A stretch of DNA of 64,000 nucleotides from Takakia lepidozioides. Lineage: Eukaryota > Plantae > Bryophyta. The position numbers and the translations under genes are program-made. Positions 13,331 through 37,670 of this stretch are shown here, piece by piece. The stretch is taken from contig CM060734.1 of assembly GCA_030704615.1 (NCBI GenBank), positions 16,182,001 to 16,246,000 on the forward strand. Reading direction: 5' to 3'. How positions within the stretch are numbered: position 1 is the stretch's first letter; every line of letters starts with the position of its first letter. The notes beneath the pieces are model-generated. The model saw only the letters and a program-made list of their open reading frames with translations, ran no database searches and was not told where the DNA came from.

Positions 13331-13832
13331 CGTAGTCAGGTACTGTCGGATCGCTCTGTGAGAACCACCACGCCTTCACCACGGTGCAGCTGAGCAGACG
13401 CCGATTGACCCATGGCCTGCTAAGACCAACCTACTCTCCCAAGAAAGAATCGCACAGCAAAGTGGGCAGCAAAATGGGCATAGGGCTTAGTGAGGCCGAA
13501 AAAAGAAACGATCCAAAAAAACGACGCAAAAGATGTTTGAAACGCGATGTCGCGGCACGTAGTTAGAGACCTTACCAATACGCTATATACACACATATGA
13601 AACTTATCCCCAAGTATATATATATATATATATATTTGGAATTTTTCAGACCCTTTCTATATACATAGTTTGTATGTGGGGGTGTTTAATTAACCCCCTT
13701 CTGTTCACGCACGTGGTAGGTACATTAACCATTGGTGCACCCCCCAGGGCTTGCGATGGTGCAAGCATCATCCTTCGCACCATCTGCTGAAAAAAACACC
13801 ACAAATAAAAACAACAGGAAGGGAACTGCATA

Positions 13833-14010
13833 CCTGTACATCACCCGCTTCATAGCTTCATCTCCACCAACTTGGTTGTTGAAGTCTTGTGATCTCAAGA
13901 TGGCTCCTTCCCTGGCGAACTCTTTGAAGAACCCATACTTCCACACCAAATCTTTCCATTTTTGAATATATGCCTCGAATGACTGGTTAGGCTTGACAAT
14001 CTTGAATGAG
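13833..14010 (-). pseudogene. Fragment homologous to exon 5 of the MULE cargo gene
   Basis: FEAYIQKWKDLVWKYGFFKEFAREGAILRSQDFNNQVGGDEAMKRVMYR aligns to LEAYIRKWRGLTWRYCFFREFSKDGNILRSNDFDSQVGGEWAMMRVVYR. The donor position is the same (TACAG|GT). Confidence 0.85.
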
Positions 14011-14329
14011 ATCAATCTTGTTTCACAATCAATCTTGTTTCAGTCATCCATACTTCATTCATCCAATATTTTTTCATCACACATTCATCCAATATTCATC
14101 CAGGATCCAATCTTTCATTCATCCGTGCTTCATTCATCTAGTACTTTTTCATCACACATTCAGCGAACATTGCATGCATGGAGCTCGGCAGCTTGGGTCC
14201 CAGGCAATGAGTTTGCATCCATGGCAATAGGCCCTATTTCTCCCTCGGTTATAGGCTTATCTTCCCTAATGTGCTCACGCTTAGAATCTGCTCACGTGAG
14301 CTGCTCACGCGCCAACTTCTCTCCCTTCG

Positions 14330-14572
14330 CATCTGCGACCAATGGAACCACGTGTAGTATGGGCCAAAGTAGGGAAATAAGTCCACTGTTTGCCCTCTCC
14401 CTGGAGGAACCACAATATCCTCCATTGCAAATAGCCCACGACCCATGGAAGGGTTGGTCGCGGCTTCAACACAATATTGCCAACCCCAAAATTCAAATGG
14501 TTGGCCTTGAGGAATGGGGACCGGAGGCACTAGTGCACACCAAAGGCTAGGCCTGAATGGTGTCTGCAACAT
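14330..14572 (-). pseudogene. SET-domain N-terminal fragment, truncated
   Basis: MGRGLFAMEDIV...LFPYFGP resembles SET motif I (GxGLFAxxxI...YxG). It is cut at ~14330 by MULE-type gctcacgc repeats. Confidence 0.5.
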
Positions 14573-14814
14573 CGTCCTATACTCCTTGTCATTAACCCTA
14601 GGATCATCGGGCCGTCATACCTCAAGTACCGGTGGCGGCCTACACCTCCTAGGGGTGCCGGGGGCACATGCACGTGACACTATCAAGGCCTGAGATTGGG
14701 AAGAAGCAGCTGGAATATGTTGGGGTGACTGGTGATGTGAACTAGGAGTCGGAGTGATCTGTGACTGATCGGGTGAGCTTGGAGGTGACTGCCCACGGGG
14801 TGGACTCAAAAGTA

Positions 14815-15000
14815 GATGTGACTCATGGGCTGGTGTACTAGTGCAAACTGGATGTGATAGAGGTGACTCATGGGCCGGTGCAATACTAGTGCAAAGTGGA
14901 GGTGGTAGAGGTGACTCATGGATCGGTGTACTAATGCAAAGTAGAGGTGGTGCAGATGACTCATGGGCCGGTGTACTAGTGCAAAGTGGAGGAGGAGGAG
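14815..15000 (-). repeat. ~42 bp coding minisatellite (CTSTPAHESPLPPPL-like), 4 units
   Basis: Repeated gactcatgg..ggtgtactagtgcaaa within Pro-rich ORF 14615..15112. Confidence 0.8.
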
Positions 15001-15629
15001 ATACAGATGGATGAAGATCAGAAGGTGGAGGAGGTGGAGCTGGACTAGTACAACTAGAGCGTACTAGTGATGGACGTGGAATATCATCATGAAGAGGTGC
15101 CGATGTAAGCAATGGGCTGCAGGCTCGATGACCAAATAATCGAAGCCCCTCGTCTCACAGACCCTATCTATCTCAAGCTAAGGAAAAAACAAAGTCACAT
15201 CCACCTCCAACTCAACAGATCTGTCAACCATCTCATCACGTATATGTGATGTACTGTTTTTGCGCGTTTGGAGGGCAACGACTCGTGGCTGCACGTAATA
15301 TATGATTCATACAATTAGTTTGTTATTTACCTATATATTTAACCAGATGGCAACTAGGTCATGAGCCCAGCCCCATGAGCCTAGGAGCTGGGCTCACGGT
15401 TTATACAATAAGCGTGAGCCCAGGCTCCATCTGCATGACATGGTGTGAGCGTATGTTCACGACGTAAGGGTGCATATACCCAAGGGACCTATAACCGTGG
15501 GAACATGCATTTACAATATGCTGACTTATGCTGCGTATTCCAAACAAACCGACAATGAAAAGAGACTCTATGATTGCAATGTTGTGCAGTCTGCCAACTT
15601 AAGCTCCATATTGCAAACAAGCAAAAAAT

Positions 15630-16017
15630 GAAAAGAGACCCATCTGCGTTCCCTTCCCCTTTCCTTTGCCTCTCCCCTCACCTGCAGGTCCCTTTTTGCC
15701 TTTCGAGGGAGTGTTCTGAGCCGATTGCTCCTTCTCGTTGAGGATGTGAAGATTACGTTCGTGGATCTCAAGGTCGGAGTGAGGAGCAATCGTAGCTGCA
15801 TTCTCATCGAGCCTTCTCAACTGGATCTCTTTGAAAGGGGTGTCTGAAGCAGGGCGGTCCATGTACCAGCCACAGTCAGGGAGGTGGTTTGGGCCCCAAT
15901 CAGCCAATATCCCAGCTGTGAACATTCTCAAATCCGATGCTGGGTTCAACCAATTGTCAACGAAGTCTGGGTCTTTGTCCAAGTACTTGTCAGGCAAAAG
16001 AACGTGTTTGATATACC
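15630..16017 (-). pseudogene. Fragment homologous to exon 6 of the MULE cargo gene
   Basis: WLNPASDLRMFTAGILADWGPNHLPDCGWYMD...QNTPSKGKK aligns to WSDPANDPTMYTAGILKDWSPSHFRDCGWYLD...QGTPQKGKK. The acceptor context is the same (AG|GTAY). Confidence 0.85.
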
Positions 16018-16130
16018 TACAAGTTGGAGAAGGTCACATAAGCACAACTGAGGGAGATCCAGCAGAGGCATGAAAATGGCAACACTGTGTACATGCGTCC
16101 CTGAAGCATGAACACAAGAACGACCCCTGT

Positions 16131-16735
16131 AAGTGGTGTGCGTCACCGCACACCACTTTCGGTTGCATGTGCATTTGGGAAATTGACACACTGCAGAGAT
16201 GTCCTTGCACAGTATACACACAAGGAAATCCCCCGAAAGTAGTGTGCGGACTTTGAGTGGCATTTTCGTGCAAGGAAAATAAAAAATAAAAATAAAAAAT
16301 AAAATAAAAAACTGCGTGTATAGGATGGGCAGACTGCAGAGAAGTCGTGCACAGAAGAATATCCCCTGAAAGTGGTGTGCATCAACGCACACCACTTTTG
16401 GTGGCATTTGCGTGGGAAAAAATAATAATAATCATAAAATTAAAAAAGAAAATTACGTGTGTGGGATGGGCAGACTGCTGAGAAGTCGTGCACAGAAGAA
16501 TGAGTCCCCTGAAAGTGGTATGCGTCACCGCACACCAGTTTCAGTGGCAAGTGCCTGTGTGGTATGGACACACGTCAAAGCATGTCCTCCCACATTATGC
16601 ACACTCAAAAATCCACTGAAAGTGGTGTGCGTCACCGCACACCAGTCAAACGCACACCACTTTGAGTGACATGTGCAGTTGTGGCAGGTGTAGTTGTGGC
16701 AGTGGAAAATGGTGTGAGTCAACTCACACCATTTC
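16131..16735. repeat. Array of ~29 bp palindromes (AAAGTGGTGTGC-GTCAAC/GTCACC-GCACACCACTTT consensus)
   Basis: Copies at ~16131, ~16368, ~16512, ~16619 and ~16708, plus a half-site at ~16236. Confidence 0.85.
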
Positions 16736-17236
16736 CAAGTAAGAACTTAGGCAAATATAGACCAAATAATGTAGGATATACCTGTATTTTGGAAGAAGAA
16801 CTTGGGAGTAACAATCTTGAAGATGTCAATCCTGCTGCACTTGGGGACGTCCATTTCCCCTGATGTGTCGTGCCACAAAGACCAAATCCTCAGCTCCTTG
16901 CAAGACATTTCAGACTTCAGGGGTGGGATGGATGATAAATGTGAAGTCTGCAATGACTGTAAAGGGCAATTCATTCCGCGGAAATATGAACATCCCGCGA
17001 AAATACGTCATGTATGTTCGAAATTAACACATGACGTGGCGTGAGCCTTGTTGGGCTCACAGGCTCAGAGGCTCACGCCTCCAGGCTCATGATCTAGCAT
17101 TCCCTTATTTAACCACAACAACTTCCATTATAGTATCAATTACAAATCATTTTTAAATAAATGAGTACTTACAACGAACGTACGTCCTTATATACTAGTA
17201 CAAATAATGTTACAACAATGGGGTATAGAAGACTCA

Positions 17237-17375
17237 CCCTTGCCACATCGACAATCCCATGTGTTTCATAGTGTTGCTCCACAATATGTGCAAGCCGCAA
17301 CACATGAGGACCTCCAGGCGCCACTCGTGCCCAACACCGATTGCACCAACACTCCACCCGAGGGGGTGCATCCAA
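17237..17375 (-). pseudogene. Exon resembling the CACTA transposase-associated Zn-binding domain
   Basis: VECWCNRC...HIVEQHYETHG has a CxCxxC...H pattern and is followed by a GTGAGT donor. Confidence 0.45.
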
Positions 17376-17889
17376 AGTGGCTCGATGAGGGCCTCATGGC
17401 TCTGGACTACGAGGCCTAGAACCTCGAGGTGGCAAGCTGGGACGTGGAACGAGATGCTCGAGGCCTTGTGCATGAATAATCCATATAATTTGTCAAAAAC
17501 CCTAAACTCGGTATAATTTCATATGAAAATATCATGACATTCAATGAAATATAACGTGAACATCTATAGGTACGTCCGCCAACTGCTCATCCCTACGTTG
17601 GCGTCTTGAAAGAGGTGGAGGTATGTCAACCATGCGGACAACATTGTTGAAGGTGTTCTTGTCGGGTGGAACTACATTCCGAATTGGCCGAGCCCGTGAG
17701 CGTACCATCACCTACACAAAAAAATCCAAAAACCCTCACTATTGAAATTGCACATCCAACTGAATATGAAATTATATGAAACTCATATGTTTAGGGTTTT
17801 ACGTTTACGACAACTTCTTCGTTTTTATGGGTAAATTTTTTTGGGCTCATGCCACTCTTATGACTGGAAATGGGTGTTGCGCGCCTTAT

Positions 17890-19010
17890 TTAAAGTTCTA
17901 AGTCCCGGGCAACGACTCCCTCGGGGTCACAGCTAAAATGCGACGGGCAACAGGTGGCCACACGCGCTTTTAAAAAGCTCCAACCCCCAGGCAGCGACCC
18001 CTAGGGGGTCGCAGATAAAATGCAACGGGATACCGGTGGCCGCGCGCCTTTTAAAAAGGTTCAAGTCCCAGGAAGCGACTAGTGTTGGGCGGGTATTACT
18101 GTTTCTAATACCAGCCGGGTCCGGGTATTGAAAAGAAATTAATTTGCAATACCAGCCGGTTCCATAGTATTGAAAGATTCCCTTCATTTTAATACCCGCC
18201 GGTTCTCAATAGTAGTATGATTTTCGATTTGCGGACAGGTATCAATAGGATGGGTATTCCAATCTAATACCAGCCGGTTATCAACCCGGGTATAAATAAT
18301 AATAAAATAGAAATAAAAACAACCACTAAATCATTAATATGTATGAATTTAAAAGATTTCAGTTGATTTCACAAAGAAATTAATTATTATGTTGCAAAAT
18401 TCAGTCTTTGCAATACATGATACCAACGTTGCAGATTTTAGTATCCAAATTGAAGCAAGCTTAGTGAAAAGAAGACTGATTGCCACCACATAAGACACCC
18501 TACATGTGCTAAAAAAAAAAAATAATAGGGGCGGGCCCGCCCTACCTGTGGTAAGAAATGAAGCATACTGGAGGGCCCTTGGGGCTTGACATGCCCTCCC
18601 TCACATGTGCACACTCTTACCCTGACCCTGACATATTGTGCACCCAGCCAATTTTCTATTCATACCATGGTATAGTCCTTGTTTTTGCCCATAATACGGG
18701 TATGCACCCGGGTATTGCCTTGGCAATACCAGCCGGTCCGGTTATCAACCATAGTATTGGAATTTCCAATACCAGCGGGTCGGTTATTCAATACCCTGGT
18801 TGATACCCGGCCAGACCCTATATACCATTCCAACACTGGAAGCGACCCCCTGGGGATCACAGATACAGTGCGACGAGAAATGGGTGGCGACAGTAATCCC
18901 TACTAAAAAGTTCTAAGTCCCTGGAAGTGACCTCCAGGGGGTCGCAGCTGAACAACGACGGGACAGTTGGCGGGGACCTAATGAAGAATTCTAAGTCCTT
19001 GGCAGCGACA
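17890..19010. repeat. ~80 bp tandem subterminal-type repeats, interrupted by a hAT MITE
   Basis: Repeated aagttctaagtccc.ggcagcgacccc..ggggtcgcag units on both sides of 18080-18838. Confidence 0.7.
18080..18838. mobile_element. hAT-type MITE (759 bp)
   Basis: TIRs TAGTGTTGG / CCAACACTG. Perfect 8 bp TSD GAAGCGAC at 18072-18079 and 18839-18846. Internal aatacc(a/c)gccgg repeats. Confidence 0.9.
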
Positions 19011-19435
19011 TGAGCGGGTGGTTTTGGGGCCCTAATGTTGATTTATTTCCTTGAAACATGATTAAATGATGGATTATCGTCGATAATTAAAAAAATTCAA
19101 AATCGTGAAGCGACCTCCTTCTCTCTCTCTCACCCTCCCTCTCCTTGTGCTCTTCAGTCTTACAAGATAGAGCGCGGTGATTTCAACAAGAGGGTGGGAG
19201 GTGCGGAGGTCACCTCATCGTGGGGGAGCTCGGAGGAAGGTGCGCTTGCCACACTTGCTTTTCGTCGCGCCTGTGGAGTCTCCTAAGCTTCAACATTGAG
19301 CTGCTCGCCCTCGGCTGTGCGTCTTCCGGTGGTGAGGGATCCATTCTCTCTCATTTACCTTTCTTTCCTTGCACCTTCAAACCCTCCCCTCTGTCTTCCT
19401 TTTCCTCGAAAGGTGAGCTCGCCGATTGCAGCTCC

Positions 19436-19548
19436 CCTCTCTGTCAAGCAATTCGGAGTAACGGGGAGCTGGCCGCGCTGGTGCGCGCAGCCACCCCAGT
19501 CCACTTGGGTATTTTTTTTGTTTTTTTCTTAAATTTTTGGGTGATGGC

Positions 19549-19589
<41 letters not shown>

Positions 19590-19730
19590 CTACCTCTCGG
19601 TCAAGCAATTCGCAGCAACGGGGAGCTGGCCGTGCTGGTGCGTGCAGCCACCCAGCCCACTTGGGCATTTTATTTTTTATTTATTTTGGGTGATGACACC
19701 CTCTCTCTCTCTCACTACCTCTCTGTCAAG
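19436..19730. repeat. Two ~150 bp direct repeats separated by a (CT)n microsatellite
   Basis: tcaagcaattcg..g.aacggggagctggccg.gctggtgcg.gcagccaccc is duplicated; (CT)n spans 19551-19587. Confidence 0.75.
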
Positions 19731-20210
19731 TCAGTCCGGTAGCCCCAATTGTCACCCCATTCAGATCATAGTACAAAACAAACTAGTGACATCTCATCGA
19801 AAAATGCAATGCAGTTCACGAGAGTGTCGATAGAAAAAAAGTAAACCTAACCAGAGGAGAAAGAAACAAGTTCATGGGAACATGGGAACTCGTCTTCGAG
19901 TTGACCGGGTGACCTAATGACTGGTGATATGCGGTAGTCAGTTGTCTCTTCCAACGCGGAGTTGTCCCCTGTGCTGCAGCTACCCGTTCTCTGTCTCGGC
20001 ATCTTCTGCGCGTGCTGGCCTCGAGCTTGCTGGGATCATATCATAGGATCGCCTCGTTTTCCGCTCCTGAAGTGCTGTAGAGGTCTGAAGCTGGTTTTTT
20101 TTACGGGAATTGTAAGCAGGATCTAAGCACAGAGCTGTTGGAATGGGCAGAGTGGAGGCTCAAGGATGTGAATATGGAAGTGCATGAGGAGGTAGCTTGG
20201 TGGATAGAGA

Positions 20211-32064
<11,854 letters not shown>

Positions 32065-32643
32065 GCTACAGGGTACAGATGAGTGCCCCTTATTTTTTCT
32101 GCAGAATTCCTCTCTTATTTTGAGCTCAGTTATTGGGCTTTGCTTGGCCCTTTATCCAATTTTACACTGAAGTTTCGTGGGGTATCATTGAAGAGAGTTG
32201 TAATATATCCGCGACTTAAACTATTTATGTGCCATGTGCCAGAATTGCATGGTACCCTCAAGTCCACTCTTTTTGTCCACTATTTTTGTGGCATATTGGG
32301 TTCTCAGTATTTGCAATGAGTACATAAAGTTGAGTTTGTTACCTCCTCTCTAACATCTTATCTGGGTCAAGTTTTTATTTCAAGAATCATGTTCCATTCT
32401 TTCACTTGAAGAGTACATGGAGTTGCAGTCCTCATTACTTAGCCAGTTAAAAGTGCATCTCTAGAGCTTGACGAAAGCTCCTAATACAAGGCTGAACATC
32501 TGCAATATCTAAATTTGTGCATTTATTTTGTTACCAAACAACACAGCAATACTGAGGACTTGCTCCACACACCAATCCCTCTTTGAGGTATATGGTATAT
32601 CGATGCTTCTGGCTACATGGAAACCCAACTCCTCCAGGACTTT

Positions 32644-35600
32644 TCAGTTAACTAGCAATATTTTGCCAAAGTGTGCATTTGACTCCATAAGACGATGAGC
32701 CTCTACAGCCTTTCCCATAGGAAAAGCCTCCTCAATGATTGGCTTCACTTTGCCTGCTTCAATTTCAGGCCACACATATTTTTGGACTTCTTGCACAATC
32801 TCTGCCTTATTCTCTATGGTCCGACCGCGTAAGCCCGCCCCTGCTCTCACAGACAAACCCCCCAAAGTGTGATTGATCAATTGATGCAAATTTCCCAGGT
32901 ATCTCAATTAATACAATGGTGGTCACTAGGAAGCAATACAGAAGAAGATGACTGCTTTCCTACAATGACAATGCCATCCCACCAACCTACAAAAGTGGAA
33001 CAAATCATGATCTGCTGCAATGAGGAGAGAAAATGGGTACACAGGGATCATTACACTCCCTACCCTAGCCCATTACCTGGAGAACCCCAACTAAGCAAGA
33101 GACTAACTGATGATAGAACAATGCAGTGCAGATATGCAAAAGGATATACTCATAAGACGTCATTTGCCGTAGCCTTATGGCCATAGACCCTGTGCCCCAT
33201 TTGGTCAGAACAAAGATATGCAAAAGAATGTACTTATGAGATGTTGTTTGCTAGAGAGGACAGAGGGCTGAAGGATCCCACATACCAGCAATGGTGAGAC
33301 GCTTGGGAATTACAGGGGCCAAGTTGACCTCTCCTCTAGCTCCCCCTTGCATTCCAAGGATGAAGAGTCGTCCTCCCAGTGCCAATGCTTCAAGATTCTT
33401 ACTCAAGTACGGAGCTCCCACAACATCAAGTATCACATCCACCCCTAAGAGAAATACCATCAGGATCACAAACATAAGTATTCAAAGGTTGATATGATAA
33501 GCTGACACAGGGTTCATACTGCCAATCATTTCAGATCAGAGTTTTGAGTGGAGTGGTTGAGCCAACAACACTAAACTTGGGTGGTCCTGTGTTCAAATCT
33601 ACATTGGCCTCTGTTGGAGGCTAATGCAATCAACCCAGTTGCCTGTAACTGGATAACCTACTAACCTTTCAGGTGACAAGACCCAAGTAAACCCCTCTCT
33701 GCCAATTGCAGAATGCACTTACATGCCCACAAAAATTGAGCCACCCAAATTCCTCAATGCCAATTGTCATATAGTCTATATTGGTAAGGTGCATGATCAT
33801 TATGGTGGGGTAATGAAAGAAAAACAAGAACCCGCAAGTCACTCTTCCTCATCTCGACTCTACTGCCATCCTTCACATTGTTGGCTTTACTAGTATCAGT
33901 CGACTCCTCTATTCATTGTTTTCGAGGACTAGGTCATACTATCCAAGAGGCCAATCACTTCTAGGGATGCAAAGACTTGTCTTAATCCCTTCATTGTGCC
34001 AGCAGAATCAATATTGTTATTATACTGTTTCTACATCTCATTGCCCTTCTGAATCTCGAATTGGACAATGTAGGAATTTCCAAGGAACATCTCTTGATTA
34101 CCAGCTGCTAAATCGTCAACATTCTTTCAATTAAATGCAGGTAAAACAGGTTGGCCCAACACTCACCTTTACCAGAGGTCTCTGCCTTTACACGTTCAAC
34201 GAAGTCCTCAGTTTTGTAATTGATTGCAACATCAGCACCAAGGGTGGTGCATCTGCTCAGCTTCTTATCACTCCCTGTCAGATTACCATCCAGCGGGACT
34301 CTTTTAGAGCCTACCCCTTACAAAGAGGGGAAGACAATCCATCAGGAAGGAGGAGGCTCTTACTTTCATGAGCGCGGTCATCTATCAACCAATTTACCGA
34401 GTAGAATATCACACACCAATTTTAGCAGTCTGGTTGTCACAAGTTGTCGTATGAAGCTCTGATTTAGGCAAACAACATAAGACAATCAACAGTAAGAGGA
34501 AAGGGCACATTTGTTGCTCAGTCCCTTGATTGCCTATGACACAGTTGTTGAACATCCACAAGCCCTCCACTCAGAAACTTACACAGGAGTGAGATGGACC
34601 AATTTTACTACCTGTAGACCCCTGAGTTAATACATCTTCTAGCATATCAACATGAATATTCACTAGGGATCAAGCATTGCCATGAGCTAAGGGAGCATTC
34701 CCACTTAATGTCTTCAAGTTGACTTGATGACATCTAAACTCTTGACCTGAAGACAGGTCCAGTAAAATATTTTTCAAAGGCTCATTGCTATCTTAACCAT
34801 TGGGTGGTTAATGACTACAACATTGCCTACCATATTCTCAAAGGAACCTTCCTGCTGGCTTACACTTCAGCAAGCAATAAATATAAGCATCCCTTGGATG
34901 TGTGCTCAAACACACATGCTGGATTTAGGCATTCTTACATATATTATCTATTTACGCATTAACATCTAGCTGTAGGCTGGTGGTACCAAATCTCAACAGG
35001 TATCCTGGAGGCCAAACTGCAGATGTCAAATTTTCAGCAAGTTTCATCAAATGAAGCCACGACTGTCTATCTTGATATTGGAAAGTAATAGTTTGAATTA
35101 TCTTCCCTTGAGACCAGCACGTATGTAGGCTATTCTGTACTCATACATCTTTGGAGACTTCAGACTATTGGCAGTAAATTGCAAAGTGATGTTGTTCTGT
35201 GAACTCAGACTGATACAAATAAGCATAAGGAAAAAGTGGCAGAATGCTGCAATTGATGACTAACTTTAACTTACCAGCAGTGACAAACACTTTGGCACCC
35301 TTGGCCTTGGCAAGTTGGATTGCAAATGTGCCAATTCCACTGCCTCCCCCATGTATCTGCAAGGAGAAAGTGTCAGGTGTGGTCCCAAAAAGAAAACATA
35401 TCTCCATATGTGAATTCTTCTGATGGAGACATACATAAGCAATGAAAATTTTCAGCATACATGGACTATCAGAAGCACCACACATGTCAGGAATGTTTTC
35501 TGCAAGATCAGAAGCCGCGTATTTGTTAGCAAATTTTGCGTCTTCAGAAACTAGTTAGCAAAACTACATGGTTGTAGATGTGAAACTGAACATCAGCTTA

Positions 35601-37252
35601 TCGATCATCACACAGAACTGATACTACAAGTTTCCAACTCCCTCCCCCCAGAGTAGAATAGCTTACCAAGAAAATCTCCCCTTTTGAAAGGTGTACTGTC
35701 ATGTAAACAGTTGACCAAACAGTGCATGCAACTTCTGGAAATGATGCCGCATCTCGCAAGGAAACCCCCTTCGGAACTGGCAGTACCTGTTCTGCAGGAA
35801 CATTTACTTTCTCTGCATAACCACCCCCTGAAAGCAATGCACAAACCTGCACTGTCCACAATACATGTCACCTTCCCCGTTTCCCATGGCTTGAAACATA
35901 TTCCTATTTCTCTGGAATTTTTCCAGGCTTCAGGTGCAATGAAGGTCATTCCAAATTCTTCGTGGCTTTCTCTGTAAGATGGCCCCATCAATTTAATGTG
36001 AAATCCACAGGAGCTGGCGGCTTCACTCTGATAAGGATCATCAGTGCTCATTGCTCCAATGCAAAAAAATGTTGCTGGAATGGCTAAGGTTGAAGTGAAG
36101 AACCAAGTCTTGGAAAGCACTTTAAGCAATCCTGTGAGACAAAATCAAATGGTTGATTAGATTTATATAAGCCCCAAAGGCCAATGGCTACCAGTTGAAT
36201 TGAGCACTTGACTAACAGCCCCTTCGAAGTACAAACTTCAGCCACATCAGGCATCTCTCGTTTCAATCTAGCATCCAGAGGCAGACATCAGTCTGAAAAT
36301 GGCTTCACCCTTGTCAAAACTTCAAAAATTGTGACCTTTCTGCAAACTTGCAACTAAGTCCTTATGGCCCACTAGACCAGTTCATACATTCTCTTTTCAA
36401 ATCCCTTTTCAAAAAACCCCTCGCTCCCCAAGTGCTCTGCATTTAGACCTCATTTGTAACAAGAATGAAAACTAAAATCAGCTGATGTTTCAGGTTTTAC
36501 TTTTAAAAGGTGTCTCACAGGCTCCAAGTTTAAACCCCTAGAGACCTTCCTGCTTTTGATCTCATGTTTAATCAGACGGTGCAGTTTGCCTTTAATTTCC
36601 TTCACATAGTAGAACTATATTGTAGCTGTTTACACGAAACCTAACTAACTTACAGCAACTTTCCTACAACAGATCTTCAGCTCAAAGATCTCCTCGAGTA
36701 AAATCAAGGAATCACAGGTACAGCAAAAACCTGACAACATAAAACAAAAGTCTCAAGTACGCAGCCCTCTGTTTACTTATGTTATCAAAGAGCATACAGA
36801 GAGGTTCCATTCCATGTGAGAATTTTGATGCGGTGAGCATATGCAGGATCTACAACTCGGTATCTCTACATATGAAACAGCAAAAATCCAAGGATTGACG
36901 CATCGTCATTGCATTTTGAGCCCAGCAAGGGATCCATTCCTCATTGTTCGCTGAACAGAACCATGAAATTGCCAAGCCAAGCCAACAAGACACATACCTC
37001 GTCCCCTACTTTAAAGTTACTGACTCCGCTCCCGACAGCTTCAATGGTGCCAGAGCACTCAAGGCCAGGGTAGAGGGAGGCTCCAGGGGGCGGCGGAGCA
37101 ATGCCTTTGCGCTGCAGGCAGTCAGCCCTATTCAATCCACTTGCAACAACTTTGATCAGCACTTCTCCGTTCCCCGCTTTTACCTCCTCCACTTCCTTGA
37201 GCTCTAGCACTTCGGGGCCCCCCGGGGTTCTGATCGCAACAGCCTTCATCAT
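32644..37252 (-). CDS. NADPH:quinone oxidoreductase, PIG3/zeta-crystallin-like MDR family. 6 exons: 37252-36998, 35846-35667, 35356-35275, 34274-34167, 33444-33286, 32840-32644
   Basis: Motifs MKAVAIRTPGGPEVL, GLNRADCLQRKG, PGLECSG, ALLSGGGYAEKV, IHGGGSGIGTFAIQLAK, GVDVILDVVG and AHRLMESNAHFGKILL. GT-AG introns with consistent phases. Confidence 0.95.
33143..33213 (-). mobile_element. Short 3'-end copy of the same LINE family in the last intron of the oxidoreductase gene
   Basis: Sequence actcataagacgtcatttgccgtagccttatggccat. TSD AGATATGCAAAAG at 33130-33142 and 33214-33226. Another 3'-end stub follows. Confidence 0.75.
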
Positions 37253-37547
37253 CGCGACCGTTTCTGACACAGCACCCTGAAATCCAGCGTAAATCTTGGT
37301 CTTCTCTCTCACGATTCCTTCATCCACAGATCTTTCACGTAAGATTTGCTTTTGTAATGCAATCTAAGAAGCTGCCCTCCTTCCTCTACCCACCCTTCTA
37401 AGCCCCAATCCGTCGTCATCTACATTTACACATACTCCACGCTCCTATACGTTCCCGTACAATAATACTTCTGTTCCCGCGGCCTTAGGTCCAACAGAAA
37501 CATTCATCTGAAGGTCGGATTAGAAATAAATTGAGATTTAAGTTAAT

Positions 37548-37670
37548 TATACATATACATATATGACGCCAGCCGGAGCTAGCGTCTATGTATATATATA
37601 TATATGATGCCAGCCGGAGCTAGCGTCTATGTATATATATATATATATGACGCCAACCGAAGTTAGCGTT
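37548..37670. repeat. (TA)n microsatellite interleaved with three copies of a ~25 bp tga(c/t)gcca.ccg.ag.tagcgt unit
   Basis: Units at ~37564, ~37604 and ~37648 are separated by TA runs. Confidence 0.8.

Larger units (their letters stand above)
15346..17105. mobile_element. Non-autonomous Mutator-like element related to 46555-57910
   Basis: Flanked by direct repeat TATTTAACCA (15336-15345 and 17106-17115). Imperfect TIRs ctaggtcatgagcc / ggctcatgatctag. It shares GATG(G/C)CAAC start, cctataaccgtgg and gcgtgagc motifs with the large element. Confidence 0.85.
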
